Shown: positions 1-11,900 of the stretch, one piece after another
How positions within the stretch are numbered: position 1 is the first letter of the stretch
Layout of the letters: each line of letters opens with the position of its first letter
NCBI GenBank assembly: GCA_964016885.1
Contig: OZ024742.1
Location: forward strand, 194,184,001 to 194,248,000
DNA from: Eledone cirrhosa
Taxonomy: Eukaryota
Reading direction: 5' to 3'
DNA length: 64,000 bases
Made by a program: the position numbers and the translations under genes
The notes under the pieces: model-generated
Database searches by the model: none
The model's input: only the letters and a program-made list of their open reading frames with translations
What the model was told of the DNA's origin: nothing

Positions 1-40
1 GGTGATAACTCGTATGAACATAAAGCAAGATAAATGCAAC
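1..40 (+). mobile_element. 3' terminus of an R4/Dong-like non-LTR retrotransposon (continues left of the window)
   Basis: Bases 1-40 are identical to 6011-6050, the end of the R4-like 3' UTR, and are likewise followed by (TAA)n. Confidence 0.85.

Positions 41-41
<1 letters not shown>

Positions 42-109
<68 letters not shown>
42..109. repeat. (AAT)n microsatellite between an R4 3' end and a Tx1 3' end
   Basis: Direct read. Similar tracts lie at 4344-4391, 6053-6071, 6695-6735 and 7012-7024. Confidence 0.98.
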
Positions 110-110
<1 letters not shown>

Positions 111-353
111 TTTTCTTTATTAACCACAAGGGTTCACATAAAGTAGACATTAAGGACAGTACAGGACAATACAGGACGGTACAAATGGGCATTTCTGCGT
201 GTAAAAAAAACAGAGGTTGAAATAAAATAACAAAGAAAAATTCCCCAATAGGGGGGAGACTTCCAAGGGACATTTGTGGAGAAAGCCCATTAAAAGACCA
301 CAGTGGCCCTGACCACCAGGGCAAGTGCCCTCTGCCAGTTTTCCACCTTTAAT

Positions 354-2522
354 TTACAGACACATACTCAGAGAAGGCCCATTCATTCGGGCCATACTTG
401 CTTCTCTCACCCATCTTTCAACAAAATGCTGGGAAGAGAGCACTTCCCTCTCTACCCTGATTTTCCTTTTCAAATGAAATTTGAAAAAGTTAATCAGGGC
501 ATCACCGAAGAGGTAAGTGCTCGTCTTCAGCCCTTTCAAACGTGTCCACCATACTATCTCTTTCGCCATGGCCACCAGACAGATAAAAACTGCCTGCCCT
601 TCCAGGCTAAAGGAAGGGGGCGGGGCAATCCTCACGATGGACTCAGCTGATAGCTGGATCCGTCCTACACGTGACAGAAGGTGTTCGACATAAACCCACA
701 AGTCAGCAATGCTCGGACACTGGACGAGTGCGTGCAGGACGGTTTCGTCGCCCTGCGCGCATCTCGGACATACCCGGCTGACGGCACCTCCATGCCTGTA
801 GAGTTTATCCCGAACTGGCAAAGCTCCTCGGTAGCACTGCCAGGCCAGGGATTTCTGGAAGTTGTCCATAGGCCCCGGCCCGAAAGTCCTTCCGAAGAGA
901 TTGGCTAGTTGATTTTCCTCGACGCCTAGAGTTTCCCCAAGTACGTCGTCGCTCTTCCCCTCCACTAATCCCCTATAGAACGCCAAGGTGGAGTTTCCAC
1001 CGATCACATTGCCCGATTGGTCGAGGGCTGTGAGCGCCTGAAGATATTCCAGTCTCCAAGCGCTCCCTCTCGGTCTTCGCTTGACCCAGGACTGCAGCTC
1101 CGTCAAGGAGACGAGCTGGGGAAAAACGTGTCTTGCAAACGGCGACCACACCTGATCACCGTCGAGGAAGAGGTGGAGATGTCGTAGCCTGAGCGCGTGT
1201 CTGCGCATCATCAGCCACGGCATGCCCAGCCCGCCACGTAGCGGGTGTTGACAGCAGATGGACCGCCTGACCATCGGAGCGCGTCCCTTCCACAAGAAGC
1301 GAAAGAGCAAACGCTCCAGCGCAGTCAGGCGGGGCTTAGGACAAGGTACGACGGTCAGGCGGTAGTAGATGACGGATGCGATGTACGCATTCGCCACCTC
1401 CGCTCGACCTTTCAAGGATAGCTTCCTCTCGGCCCATTTCTGGGTGAGAGAAGCCACCCTGCTCGTCACCTCGTTTTTGTCCGTCTGGAGGTCTGGACCG
1501 AACCAGACCCCCAGCAATTTAACCGGTCCGTCCGTCCAGCGCCCGACGACGCTGTTGGACGGCATGGACCTGCCTCTCCAGGTGCCGAGCTGCAGGCCCA
1601 CTGACTTTTCCTGGTTGATCATTGCTCCTGTCACCGCTTCGTATTCTCTTAGTGTAGTGCCGATCGCCTCGATGTGTTTGGCGTTCGACACCACTACGGT
1701 GACATTGTCGGCATATGCTGACACGGATCTTCCGCATCCTAGTTCGCGCGGGACCCCCCTCAACGTCTCCAGTTTGTGCAGTAATGGCTCGAGAGTCAAT
1801 ACGTACAATAGGGACGAGAGGGGACATCCTTGGCGGACCGAGCGCATGATGTTGAACGGTTCCGAAAGGTGACCGTTCACTCTCACTACAGAGCAGATGT
1901 CGCTGTGCATGGCAGCGATCCAGCCTCTGAAGACGGGCCCAAAGCCAGCCGCCCTCAGGACTGCCGTTAGGTAACGATGGTCGACCCTATCGAAGGCTTT
2001 CGACTGATCTAAATTGATCAAAGACCCACCCGTGCCAGGTTCCCTAGCTACCCTCTCTACGATGTATCGCATGAGGTGGAGGTTGTCGTGGATGGATCTG
2101 TCGGGAATGGCGCATGTCTGTGCCTCTCCCACCAGACCACCAACGACAAGCGCCAACCTCTTTGCTAGCACCTTGGCCAAAATCTTGAACTCTGTGTTTA
2201 GCAGAGTTATGGGCCTAAAATTATCTATGTTATCCCCCTTGTTCGGATCCTTTCTCAGCAGCGCCACCGCTCCTCGGCTCACAGAGCTGGGAATACTCCC
2301 GTTCTGTTGCCAGTTGCAGTAGACGTCCGCCAAGAGGCCTCCGAACAAGTTTGGCATTTGTACGTAAACTTCATAGGGCAGACCATCCAAACCAGGCGAT
2401 TTACCCCTTGTGCAACTAGTCATTGCATCCCGTACTTCAGCGGTTGTTATCGGCTTTTCGCAACACTCCGCCTCAGTGGCCGAAAGCCGCGGCAGTCCGT
2501 CGAGATAGACACTAAAGTCCAT
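354..2522 (-). CDS. Tx1-like ORF2 lacking the endonuclease (RT plus C-terminal CCHC), 722 aa, probably inactive
   Basis: Motifs KSPGLDGL, NFRPITLLNTEFKILAK, LDQSKAFDRVDH, VRQGCPLS, YADN (in place of YADD), GGLGMP and CPRC-x8-H-x4-C. Confidence 0.88.
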   Translation of the reverse strand: MDFSVYLDGLPRLSATEAECCEKPITTAEVRDAMTSCTRGKSPGLDGLPYEVYVQMPNLFGGLLADVYCNWQQNGSIPSSVSRGAVALLRKDPNKGDNIDNFRPITLLNTEFKILAKVLAKRLALVVGGLVGEAQTCAIPDRSIHDNLHLMRYIVERVAREPGTGGSLINLDQSKAFDRVDHRYLTAVLRAAGFGPVFRGWIAAMHSDICSVVRVNGHLSEPFNIMRSVRQGCPLSSLLYVLTLEPLLHKLETLRGVPRELGCGRSVSAYADNVTVVVSNAKHIEAIGTTLREYEAVTGAMINQEKSVGLQLGTWRGRSMPSNSVVGRWTDGPVKLLGVWFGPDLQTDKNEVTSRVASLTQKWAERKLSLKGRAEVANAYIASVIYYRLTVVPCPKPRLTALERLLFRFLWKGRAPMVRRSICCQHPLRGGLGMPWLMMRRHALRLRHLHLFLDGDQVWSPFARHVFPQLVSLTELQSWVKRRPRGSAWRLEYLQALTALDQSGNVIGGNSTLAFYRGLVEGKSDDVLGETLGVEENQLANLFGRTFGPGPMDNFQKSLAWQCYRGALPVRDKLYRHGGAVSRVCPRCAQGDETVLHALVQCPSIADLWVYVEHLLSRVGRIQLSAESIVRIAPPPSFSLEGQAVFICLVAMAKEIVWWTRLKGLKTSTYLFGDALINFFKFHLKRKIRVEREVLSSQHFVERWVREASMARMNGPSLSMCL

Positions 2523-4135
2523 CCCTCGATCCGGCCCGCCACTGCCCCCGAACAGTTGATTTTGGGGTTGTCGTGTAGTCTGTTTCTGTGATGCTGGTGT
2601 TGTGTTGGATGTAGTGTAATAATTGCTTGTTGTTCAAATTTAATGCTGTGTAGTGTGTATCGTTTTGGTTGTTTTGTTTTGTTTGCGTTTGTTGTGGGTT
2701 TGTTTCTGTTTCGCATTTTGGTGACTTTTGTGGTGTAGGTGATGGTGGTGGTGGAGTTAATGATGGTGATGGTGTTGGTGTTTGGGTTGATGGGGTTGGT
2801 GATGCTGGTGTGGATGGTGGCATATCTGTCCTAACTTTTTTGTCTCTTAGTTTATTTGTTTCCCTCTGTATTTTGTTTTTGGAGGGGGAAGGAAGAGAAT
2901 TTTTTCTTTTTTGGTTTCTTTTTTTTTTTCCGGATATCGTTTCCCACTCCTCGTCGTCACAATCTGTCTCCAGTTGTGATAGGCCGGGGAGTGGAAAATC
3001 CTCCACAGCCGTTAGTTTTGGTTGTGGTGTGGTGGATGGTGTAGGCGCTGGTGCTAGTTCTGAAGCGTTGGGTGGTGGTGGTGTTGGTTTTGCTGGTGGT
3101 GGTAGTGGTGTTGGTTTTGCTACTGTTGCTGGGGTTGTTGCTGTTATAGTTGCTTCTGTTGTTGCTGCAACAGTTGTTGCTGCCATCTCTGCTACTGGTG
3201 GTGTTGATGGTTGTGTCACTGGGGTGCGTAGGAGAGGTGGCCTCAACCTTTTAGCCTGAGGGCAGAAAGCCCTTAGGTGGGTTCCTTCACCACAAACGAC
3301 ACACCTAGGTCTTCTGCCCTCGACAATTACCGTGAGGTGGCTGCCGTCAGTGAGGTCTATTACCTCTGGGATCTCCTCAATGCTTTTTTGGTCCGCTTGG
3401 ATCAGGAGCTCCATCCCTGATCCGGACCAGTTTTCCTGCTTTTCTTTTGCTATTGTTATTATTTTCGTGTTGGCCTCGATGCCGGCGATGACAGCCGCTA
3501 TTAGCCAGGGAATTGGGACTCGGATGCCCGTTCCACTCGGCGCGATTTTACATTTATTGTTCTATACGACACGGTGCACAGGCGCCGATGCTCCATTTTA
3601 TTAGGTGGGGGGGGGGGGTGAGGCTGACCATGTACCCATCTTTCTTTACCATTTGTTTGGCATTTTCTAAATCTTCTTGAGTTACCGTGAACGCTTCGAA
3701 TTGTTTTGCTACGATGGCGAAACTGAGGGTCGGTTTTATAATGTCATTGTTGTTGTTGTTGCTATCGTTGATATTAATTTTATTTTCAGTTCTGGTGGTG
3801 GTGACGTCAGTCGTCTTTGGTGGGGAAGAGTCCATTTTGCTTGATTTCATTTCGACGTCACGAGTTAATTTATTTTTTTCTTCTTTTGTTTCTGTTGTCG
3901 CGGTGGTGGCGGTGGTGGTGGTTGTCGCGGTGGTGGTGGTGGAGGGTTTAACACCTGCAGTCATTGGTAATGGCGGGAAATGAATGTCTGCCTGAGACAA
4001 ATTTAAAATATTGCTACTGCTTATATTTTTTTTTGTGTTGGCAAACGTAGTAACATTTACAATGGTGGTGTCGGTGTGAGGTGTTATTTTGTGAGGAATG
4101 CTTTCAGCTGCTTCGTGCAGAGGGGAATTAGCCAT
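2512..4135 (-). pseudogene. Tx1-like ORF1 (gag-like), frameshifted
   Basis: Split ORFs 3554-4135 and 2512-3414; VEGRRPRCVVCGEGTHLRAFC knuckle; Pro/Thr-rich tail with WETISGKKKR basic patch. Confidence 0.8.
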
Positions 4136-4343
4136 TTTTTTTCAAAGAAATTTTTGGATAATAATAAAAGTTAAAATTTTGGGCACAAGGCCCCAATCTT
4201 TTTGGGTGTCCTTTTCGGAAAACAATGTATGTGTGCTTATAAACAGTTTACAATAAAATTTTCCATAAATGGCAATTTTTAAACAAACGGAAATACAAAC
4301 CTTTGCGGAGCTCACGATAATACGATTTCCTACGTAGGTCGCC

Positions 4344-4390
<47 letters not shown>

Positions 4391-4393
<3 letters not shown>

Positions 4394-6050
4394 TGATGAT
4401 GAACAATTGCAAGGACTATTATCCACTGTGAACAGTTCAGTGATGACATTAAAATGGAGTTTGGACTAGATAAATGCGCCAAAGCAACGTTCACCAGAGG
4501 AAAGCTGCTGAAGAGTTCAGACATTAATCTTGATCGGGGGAACGTGATAAGAGAACTTGATCAAGAAAAAACTTACAAATATCTAGGTGTTTGTGAAGGA
4601 GACGGAATCAAGCACTCGACAACGAGGGAAAGGATAAGGAAGGAATGTTACCGCAGAGTAAGAGCAATCTTAAGAACGGAATTGAATGCAAGGAATAGGA
4701 TCGATGCCATAACACGCTTGCCATACCAGTAGTAACCTACAGTTACAATGTCATCAACTGGTCAAGCACAGAGATCGGTAGGCTCGATACAAAAATTCGA
4801 AAATTCTTAACCATGCACATAATGCATCACCCTAAGGCAGATATAGATAGAATATATCTCCCTAGGAAAGAAGGAGGACGTGGGTTAATCCAGTTAGACA
4901 TTGCGTTGAGAACTGCAACAATTGGATTATCTACATATCTAAGGGAATCACATGATTGGATGATCAAACTCGTTTTGAAACACGAAAGCATCAAAAGATC
5001 ATATTCCATTACAAAAGATGCACAAAGATACAGTAATGGACTACAAATTTCAGAAGTCCCATTTACTGCTGAAATGGAAAACACAGAAAAAGCAAAGCAG
5101 GTAAAAGTAACTGCAAAGAAAGAACTGCTACAGAAACTGGCTAAGAAATGGCAAGAAAAGCCTCTGTATGGAAAATACCCAGAGCGAGCTAACAATCCTG
5201 ATGTTGACAAAACTTTAACCCATCAGTGGTTGGCATCCTCTGGACTGAAATCGGAGACTGAAGGATTGATTATATCGGCACAAGATCAGTGTCTGCTAAC
5301 AAAAAATTACCAAGCCAACATAATAAAAAATGGGTGCATCCCATTATGCCGTGTATGCAAAAAACAACCAGAGACCATTGACCATATAATTTCAATGTGC
5401 AGTCCTATAGCTCCAACCGAATACCTAAACAGGCATGACAGAGCTGCACAATACATACATTGGATAATGTGTAAGCATTTTGACCTGCCCCATAAAAAGA
5501 ATTGGTGGGAGCATCACCCACCTCCCATACTTGAAAAAGATCACATCTCAATCTTGTGGAACTTTAGCATCCAAACAGACCGAACAATAGATGCAAACAG
5601 ACCTGATATAATATTGAAAGACTTTCAAAAGAGGGTATGCCTGCTAATTGATATGTCTGTTCCAATAGACAAGAATGTATCTATAAAAACATTTGAAAAA
5701 TTGAGCACTATACCTGGAGATAGAAATTGGAAAAGTGTGGAAATTGAGAACTAAAACAATACCAGTGGTTGTAGGCGCTCTGGGAATGATACCTAAGGGG
5801 TATAATGATTACTTATCGCAAATCCCAGGAAACCCGCGTATAGGAGAAATACAAAAGATAGTACTAATGGGAACTGCTCATATACTAAGGAGGATTCTGT
5901 CAATATAAGTACATCACAAGTCTAAACACTAAAGATGCATGTGTGAATATGTATGTTCTTTCTTGAAGATGGCGGACCTTGTTGTCTCTTGAGGTCACTG
6001 GTTGTGACTTGGTGATAACTCGTATGAACATAAAGCAAGATAAATGCAAC
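4391..6050 (+). mobile_element. 5'-truncated R4/Dong-like element A (RT C-terminus, CCHC, restriction-like endonuclease, 3' UTR)
   Basis: MEFGLDKC, YKYLG, RIYLPRKEGGRGL, AQDQ, CRVCKKQPETIDHIISMC, RHD, NRPDI..LLIDMSVP; stop near 5908; (TAA)n tail; frameshifts present. Confidence 0.9.
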
Positions 6051-6089
6051 GGTAATAATAATAATAATAATGATTTCTTTATTAACCAT

Positions 6090-6694
6090 TGTATCCGAGT
6101 GTAAAACCTAGCCCAGACTCACTATAAGGGCTGGAGACATGATGGGCAGGGTGATCCACTGGCCCTATGCAAAAGTAAACAATTTACCACATTCTGAGAA
6201 GTGGTATGAGCATAAGCCAGAGTAGGTCATAGAAAACGATCAGGTGAATGTGCTGTGGGATTTTAGGATACAGACAGACAAGAAACTGGAACACAATAGA
6301 CCTGACCTGGTGGTTTTGAACAAGGAAAAAAGATCGTGCCTGATTGTGGATGTGGCCTGTCCATTCGACACGAGAGTGCAAGAGAAGGAGAGGGAGACAT
6401 TAACCGATACCAGGACTTAAAGTGGGAGGCAAAAAGGATTTGGAACTGCCATGAAGTCAAAGTGGTCCCGATTGTCATAGGCACACTAGGTACCATCTCA
6501 AAAATTTCCAGGGATGGTTAAAGAAAATTTGCCCCGCCACGCTTTTTGGAACGCTTCAAAAGGCATGCTTGCTGGGAACAGCAACTACTCTCCGATACGT
6601 CCTGAATATCTGAGGCTGCAGGTAGTGGCTTGATATTCATTTCAACAAACTTTCCAGTTAACTAACATCCAGGACTGAGACTCAAAGAACAAGG

Positions 6695-6695
<1 letters not shown>
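6090..6695 (+). mobile_element. R4/Dong-like fragment B (endonuclease domain plus 3' UTR), a different family from A
   Basis: WYEHKPE, LWDFRIQTD, HNRPDLVV..IVDVACPFD, VPIVIGTLG, LQKACLLGT, stop at 6611-6613, (TAA)n tail. Confidence 0.85.
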
Positions 6696-6734
<39 letters not shown>

Positions 6735-6737
<3 letters not shown>

Positions 6738-7011
6738 TTTCTTTATTAACCACAAGGGTTTACATAAAGTAGAGATTAAGGACAGTGCAGGACAATACAG
6801 GACGGTACAAATGGGCATTTCTGCGTGTAAAAAACAAAAACAGAGGATGAAACAAAAAATAACAATGAAAAATTCCCCAATAGGGGGAGACTTCGGAGGG
6901 ACATTTGTGGAGAAAGCCCAGTAAAAGGCCACAGTGACCCTTACCACCAAGTCAAGTGCCCTCTCCCAGTTTTCCACCTTTAATTTACAGATATATACTC
7001 AGAGTAGGCCC
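6735..7011 (-). mobile_element. 5'-truncated Tx1 3' end, same family as copy 1
   Basis: Closely matches 110-380 and is flanked by (AAT)n on both sides. An ~18-bp terminal stub also occurs at 6071-6088. Confidence 0.92.
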
Positions 7012-7023
7012 AATAATAATAAT

Positions 7024-8908
7024 ACGACAAGATTTGGTTGATATCCTAAACTTAGCGGTAGATGAATTGAACAATGATAGTGGGAAACCTATGAACCTAA
7101 GATTTGTAGACAGGAAAAAATTAAGTGAAACAACAGCTAAGGTAAACAAAGTCATCCCATACCTTGAGGCGAGGAACCTTCACCAATGCAAAAATATCAT
7201 CAAAGCAACAGCAAATGCGGTGAGGAAATTACTTGGCATAAAAACGAGAGGAAACAACAAACAAGAAAGTTCAGAACCTTGGTGGAAGAAACGACTGAAT
7301 GGTCAAATCAAGGAAATGAGAAATGACATTGGAAAGCTTGTGTCCCTACTGAATGGGACATTACAAAACATAGACACTAAACATAGATTGGAAATAAAGT
7401 ACAAAACTAGGGGTAAAAAGCTAAATATTATCATAGTGGAACTGAAGCAACGCATTGTAGCAACAAGTGCAAAGATTAGGCGGTATGAGGGCAGAGTCAG
7501 TCAGTATAGACAGAACCTCATGTTTGACAACAGCCAGAAGAGGTTTCGACAGCTTGAAGGGAAAGAAAGAGGCAACGACTTGATGCCTGAGGCGGAACAG
7601 ACTAAGATATTCTGGGGAAGAATATGGGAGCTGGATGTTGAACATAATGATCAGGCAGTGTGGATTGAGACAGTACAAAATGAGATTAGTGAACAAGCAC
7701 ACCAACAAACTGATTTGAGTATCACAGTTGAAACTCTTAAAGGCCAGGCCAAAAACCTAATCAACTGGAAATCACCAGGCCCAGATGGTGTGCAGGGTTA
7801 TTGTATTAAAAATATAACATTCCTCCACCCGAAACTGACAACCATGTTCAATGACTGCTTGATGTCCAATGAGTGGTTGACAAAAGGTACCACAGTTCTG
7901 GTAATGAAAGACCGAATCAAGGGTAATGATGTTACCAACTATAGATCTATTACATGTCTGTCCGTAATGTGGAAACTGTTGACAAGCATTATGTCTGAGA
8001 AAATCTACCATCACCTCCACACAAACAACTTGTTACCGGACGAACAGAAAGGATGCCGAAAGAAGTCCCGTGGTACAAAGTAACAGTTACTTATTGATAA
8101 GATGATAATGAGGAATTGCAAGAGGAGACACACTGGTCTTGCCATGGGATGGATAGACTACAAAAAGGCATTTGACACGGTGCCTCATTCTTGGATCACC
8201 AAAAGCCTAGAGATCTTCTAGGTGGCAGATAACATCAGACAGCTGTTGGGCAAAATTATGAAGTGCTGGAAAACAGAGTTAACATCAGCTGGAGAATCCT
8301 TGGGAGGCGTGAAGATCAAGAGAGGTATCTTCCAGGGAGATAGTATGTCCCCTCTGTTGTTTGTCCTTGCCCTGATGCCCCTGACCATTATGCTGCGAAA
8401 AGTGAGAGCAGGATACAAGTTGGGAAAGGGAGAGCTTACCATCAATCACCTCTTCATGGACGATCTTAAGCTCTTCGGGGAGAGTCAGAAGGAGTTGAAT
8501 GTGCTTGTTGACACTGTCCGTATTTTCAGCAATGATATATGTATACAATTTGGTATTAGTAATTGTGGAATCCTTGTGATGAAGAGGGGTAAATTGAACA
8601 GAAGCAACGGAATCCAGGTACCAACAGGTGAGAGGATAAAGGAAATTGACATTGAAGAAGGCTACAAGTATTTGGGTGTTCTGGAGGCTGATGACATCAA
8701 GAACATAACAATGAAGGAATTGATAAGATCTGAATACATTCGGAGAGTAAGGAGCGTATTAAAGTCACATCTGAACAGTAGGAATGCCATACGTGCAGTA
8801 AATTCCCGAGCTGTGTCTATTATTAGGTACAGTGCGGGAATTCTGAGATGGAATGTTGCTGAACAAAAAGAAATGGATAGGAAGACTAGGAAACTATTGA
8901 CTATCTAC
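7024..8908 (+). mobile_element. R4/Dong-like fragment C (pre-RT and RT domain), pseudogenised, 3' part lost
   Basis: [69 protein letters not shown]; internal stops. Confidence 0.9.
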
Positions 8909-11900
8909 ATGTTCCACATCGTTATAACAAAATCGGGCTAGAAATCCAAAAAAATTCAAACAACAAAAATTCCCCAATAACTGGGAAACCTTCGAAGGTC
9001 AGTCGTGATCAAAACCACACAAAAGACCACGGCCACCCTGACTCACTTTTCCCACTCTTCAGCCTACAGGCGTATACTCAGAGCGGGCACGTTCACTCGG
9101 ACCAGACTCGCCAATTTTACCCACCTTTCAACAAACTTACTAGAAGACAGCACTTGCCCCTCCACCCTTATTTTCCTCTTTAAGTGGAACTTGAAAAAGT
9201 TAATCAGGAATTGGCCGGAGAGGAAATTGTCCGTCTTCACCCCTTTCAATCTTGTCCACCACACAATCTCTTTCGCCATGGCCACCAGGCAGATGAAAAC
9301 TGCCTGCCCTTCCTTCTCTTTAAAGGAGGATGGCTGGGCTACCTGCACAATGGACTCAGTCGATAACCGGATCTGTCCTACACGCAACAGCACCTGTTTA
9401 ACATAGCTCCACAAGTCAGCAATCCTCGGGCACTGAACGAGTGCATGCAGGACGGTTTCGTCGCCCTGCGCGCATCTCGAACAGGGTCGTCTGACAGCAC
9501 CTTCGTCCCTGTAGAGCTTATCCCGAACCGACAACGCTCCCCGGTAACACTGCCAGGCCAGGGAATTCTGGATGTTGTCCATAGGCCCTGGTCTGAAAGT
9601 TCTTTTGACGAGAGCGAACAGCTAATTATCTTCAACGCCCAGGGTCTCCTCGAGAAAGTCGTCACACTTTCCCTCCACTAGCCCTCTATAGAACGCCAAG
9701 GCGGATGTTCCACCGACACTAGTGCCCAAATCGGAGAGGGCGGTGAGCGCTTGGAGACATTCCAGTTTCCAAGCGCTATCCCTCGGTTTTTACCTGATCA
9801 AGGACTGAGCTGGGGAAAAGCGCGTCTGGCAAACGGCGACCACACCTCTTCACCGTCAAGGAAGCACCAGAGACGTTGCAGCCTCAGCGCATGTTTATGC
9901 AGCATCAGCCACGGCATGCTTAGTCCTTCACCCAATGGGTATTGACAGCAAATGAATCGTCTGACCAGGGTAGCACGTCCCTTCCACAAAAAGCGGAGCA
10001 GGAGGCGCTCCATTTTGGTCAGAGTTGGATGGGGGCAAGGTAAGACGGTCAGGCGGTAGCAGATGACGGACGCTATGTACGCATTCGCCACCTCCGCCCG
10101 ACCTTTCTGAGACTGCCTTCTCTCGGCACATTTCTGGTTGAGAAAGGCCACCCTGCTCGTCACCTCGCTCCAGTTTTTCACCATCTGGAGGTCTGGACCG
10201 AACCAGACCCCGAGCAATTTAACCGGTTCTTCCGTCCAGCGCATCCACGACGCTGTCGGACGACATGGACTTGCCTCTCCATGTGCCGAGCTGCAAGCCC
10301 ACCCACTGTTTCTGTTTTTTCTTTGCTCCTGTCTCCGCTTCGTATTCCTTGAGAGCGGTGCCGAGCATCTGGACGTGTTTGGTGCTCGACACCACCACGG
10401 TGACGTCGTCGGCATAAGCTGACACGGATCTCCTGCATCCCAGTTCGCGTGGGACACACCTCATCGTCTCCAATTTGTGTAGTAACGGCTCTAGGGCTAG
10501 TACGTACAAGAGGGACGAGAGGGGGCAACCCTGTTGGACCGAGCGCATGATGCTGAAAGGCTGCGACAGGTGATCATTCACCCTCGCAATCGAGCAGATG
10601 TCGCTGTGCATCGCAGCGATCCAGCCCCTAAAAACGGGCCTGAAGCCGGCCGCCTCGAGGACCGTAACCAGGTACGGATGGTCCACCCTATCAAATGCTT
10701 TAGATTGATCCAAGTTGATCAGTGCCCCACCCGTGTCAGGTTTCTTAACCACCCTCTCTATGATGTATCGCATGAATATGGAGGTTGTCGTGGATGGATC
10801 TGTCCGGGATGGCGAATGTCTGCGCCTCTCCCACCAGATCACTGACGAAAAGCCCCAATCTCTTTGCTAACACCTTGGCCAAAATCTTAAACTCTGCGTA
10901 TAGCAGAGTTATGGGCCTGAAGTTGTGTATAACGTCCCCTTGTTCGAGTCTTTTCTCAGCAGCGCCACCGCTCCCGGCTCACAAAACTGGGAATGCTCCC
11001 GTTCTGCTGCCAGTTGCAGTAGACATCTGCCAAGAGGTCGCCGAAGAAATCTGGCATATACGCATAAAGCTCGTAGAATAGACCAACCAAACATTGCGAT
11101 TTACCCCTCGTGCAGTCATACATCGCTTCCCGTATTTCACCTGCTGTTATCGGCTTTTCGCAGCACTGCGCTGCGGTCGTCGAAAGCCGCAGTAGTCCCT
11201 GGAGGTATGCACCGAAGTTCATACTACATTCCGGCCCGCCGCCGCTCCCGAACTATTGTGCAAAGTGGTTTTGAAAAGCCGCACACATCTGCTCGGATTC
11301 GAGCAACATGCTCCGTTTGGATCGCGTAAAGACCGAATTGTGGACTTGTTGCCACATCGCGCCTCCACCACCCGGGCCCATTGAACTGCTTTCGTCCCCT
11401 CGTGTCATAGAGCATGCGTTCTCGCTCTGACTACGCACCCTTCATGCTTTGTGTTGAAGAATTGGTCGAGTGCCAATCTCACGGCAAGCACGTCGGTTGC
11501 TATGCCTTTCCTAAACGCCTCTTCTAACTCTCCCTCTACTCTATTTTTCCCTATCAATGTTGACCCTCACAATTTTCTGTCCGCAGTAGGAGGGCACCAA
11601 GATTATCTCCTCACTCTTTAGGGTTTCCAAAGAGTGAGACTTCGCCTCTTGGTGGGTGGCGAAAAGTACGTCTACTCTGTCGTACTTTTTGCCTCGGGTG
11701 ACGTGGGTTTTGCGCGCCTTTTGGATTTGAGCCTGCGTGGATCTCTCCACCCGTGCGGCATTTTGCTTACGTCACCGTCCGCAGTTGCTGGTCTTTGAAG
11801 AAATCGGGTGGAGGTTTCAGGGAAACTTTGTTGTCATTTCTCGACACAATAGCTCTTGCGACTGCCATCTCCTCCTCAGTGACTAGCACTGTTTCTATAT

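Larger units (their letters stand above)
110..4343 (-). mobile_element. Tx1/L1-like LINE copy 1, both ends present, APE endonuclease internally deleted
   Basis: ORF1 with zinc knuckle, RT ORF, 3' UTR ending AATAAAGAAAAC+(ATT)n on the minus strand, and (AAT)n on both flanks. Confidence 0.9.

Noticed and set aside
2669-3259. 196-aa Gly/Val-rich ORF and other antisense ORFs over the LINEs
   Set aside because: Shadow frames of C/A-rich ORF1 or GC-rich ORF2 sequence.
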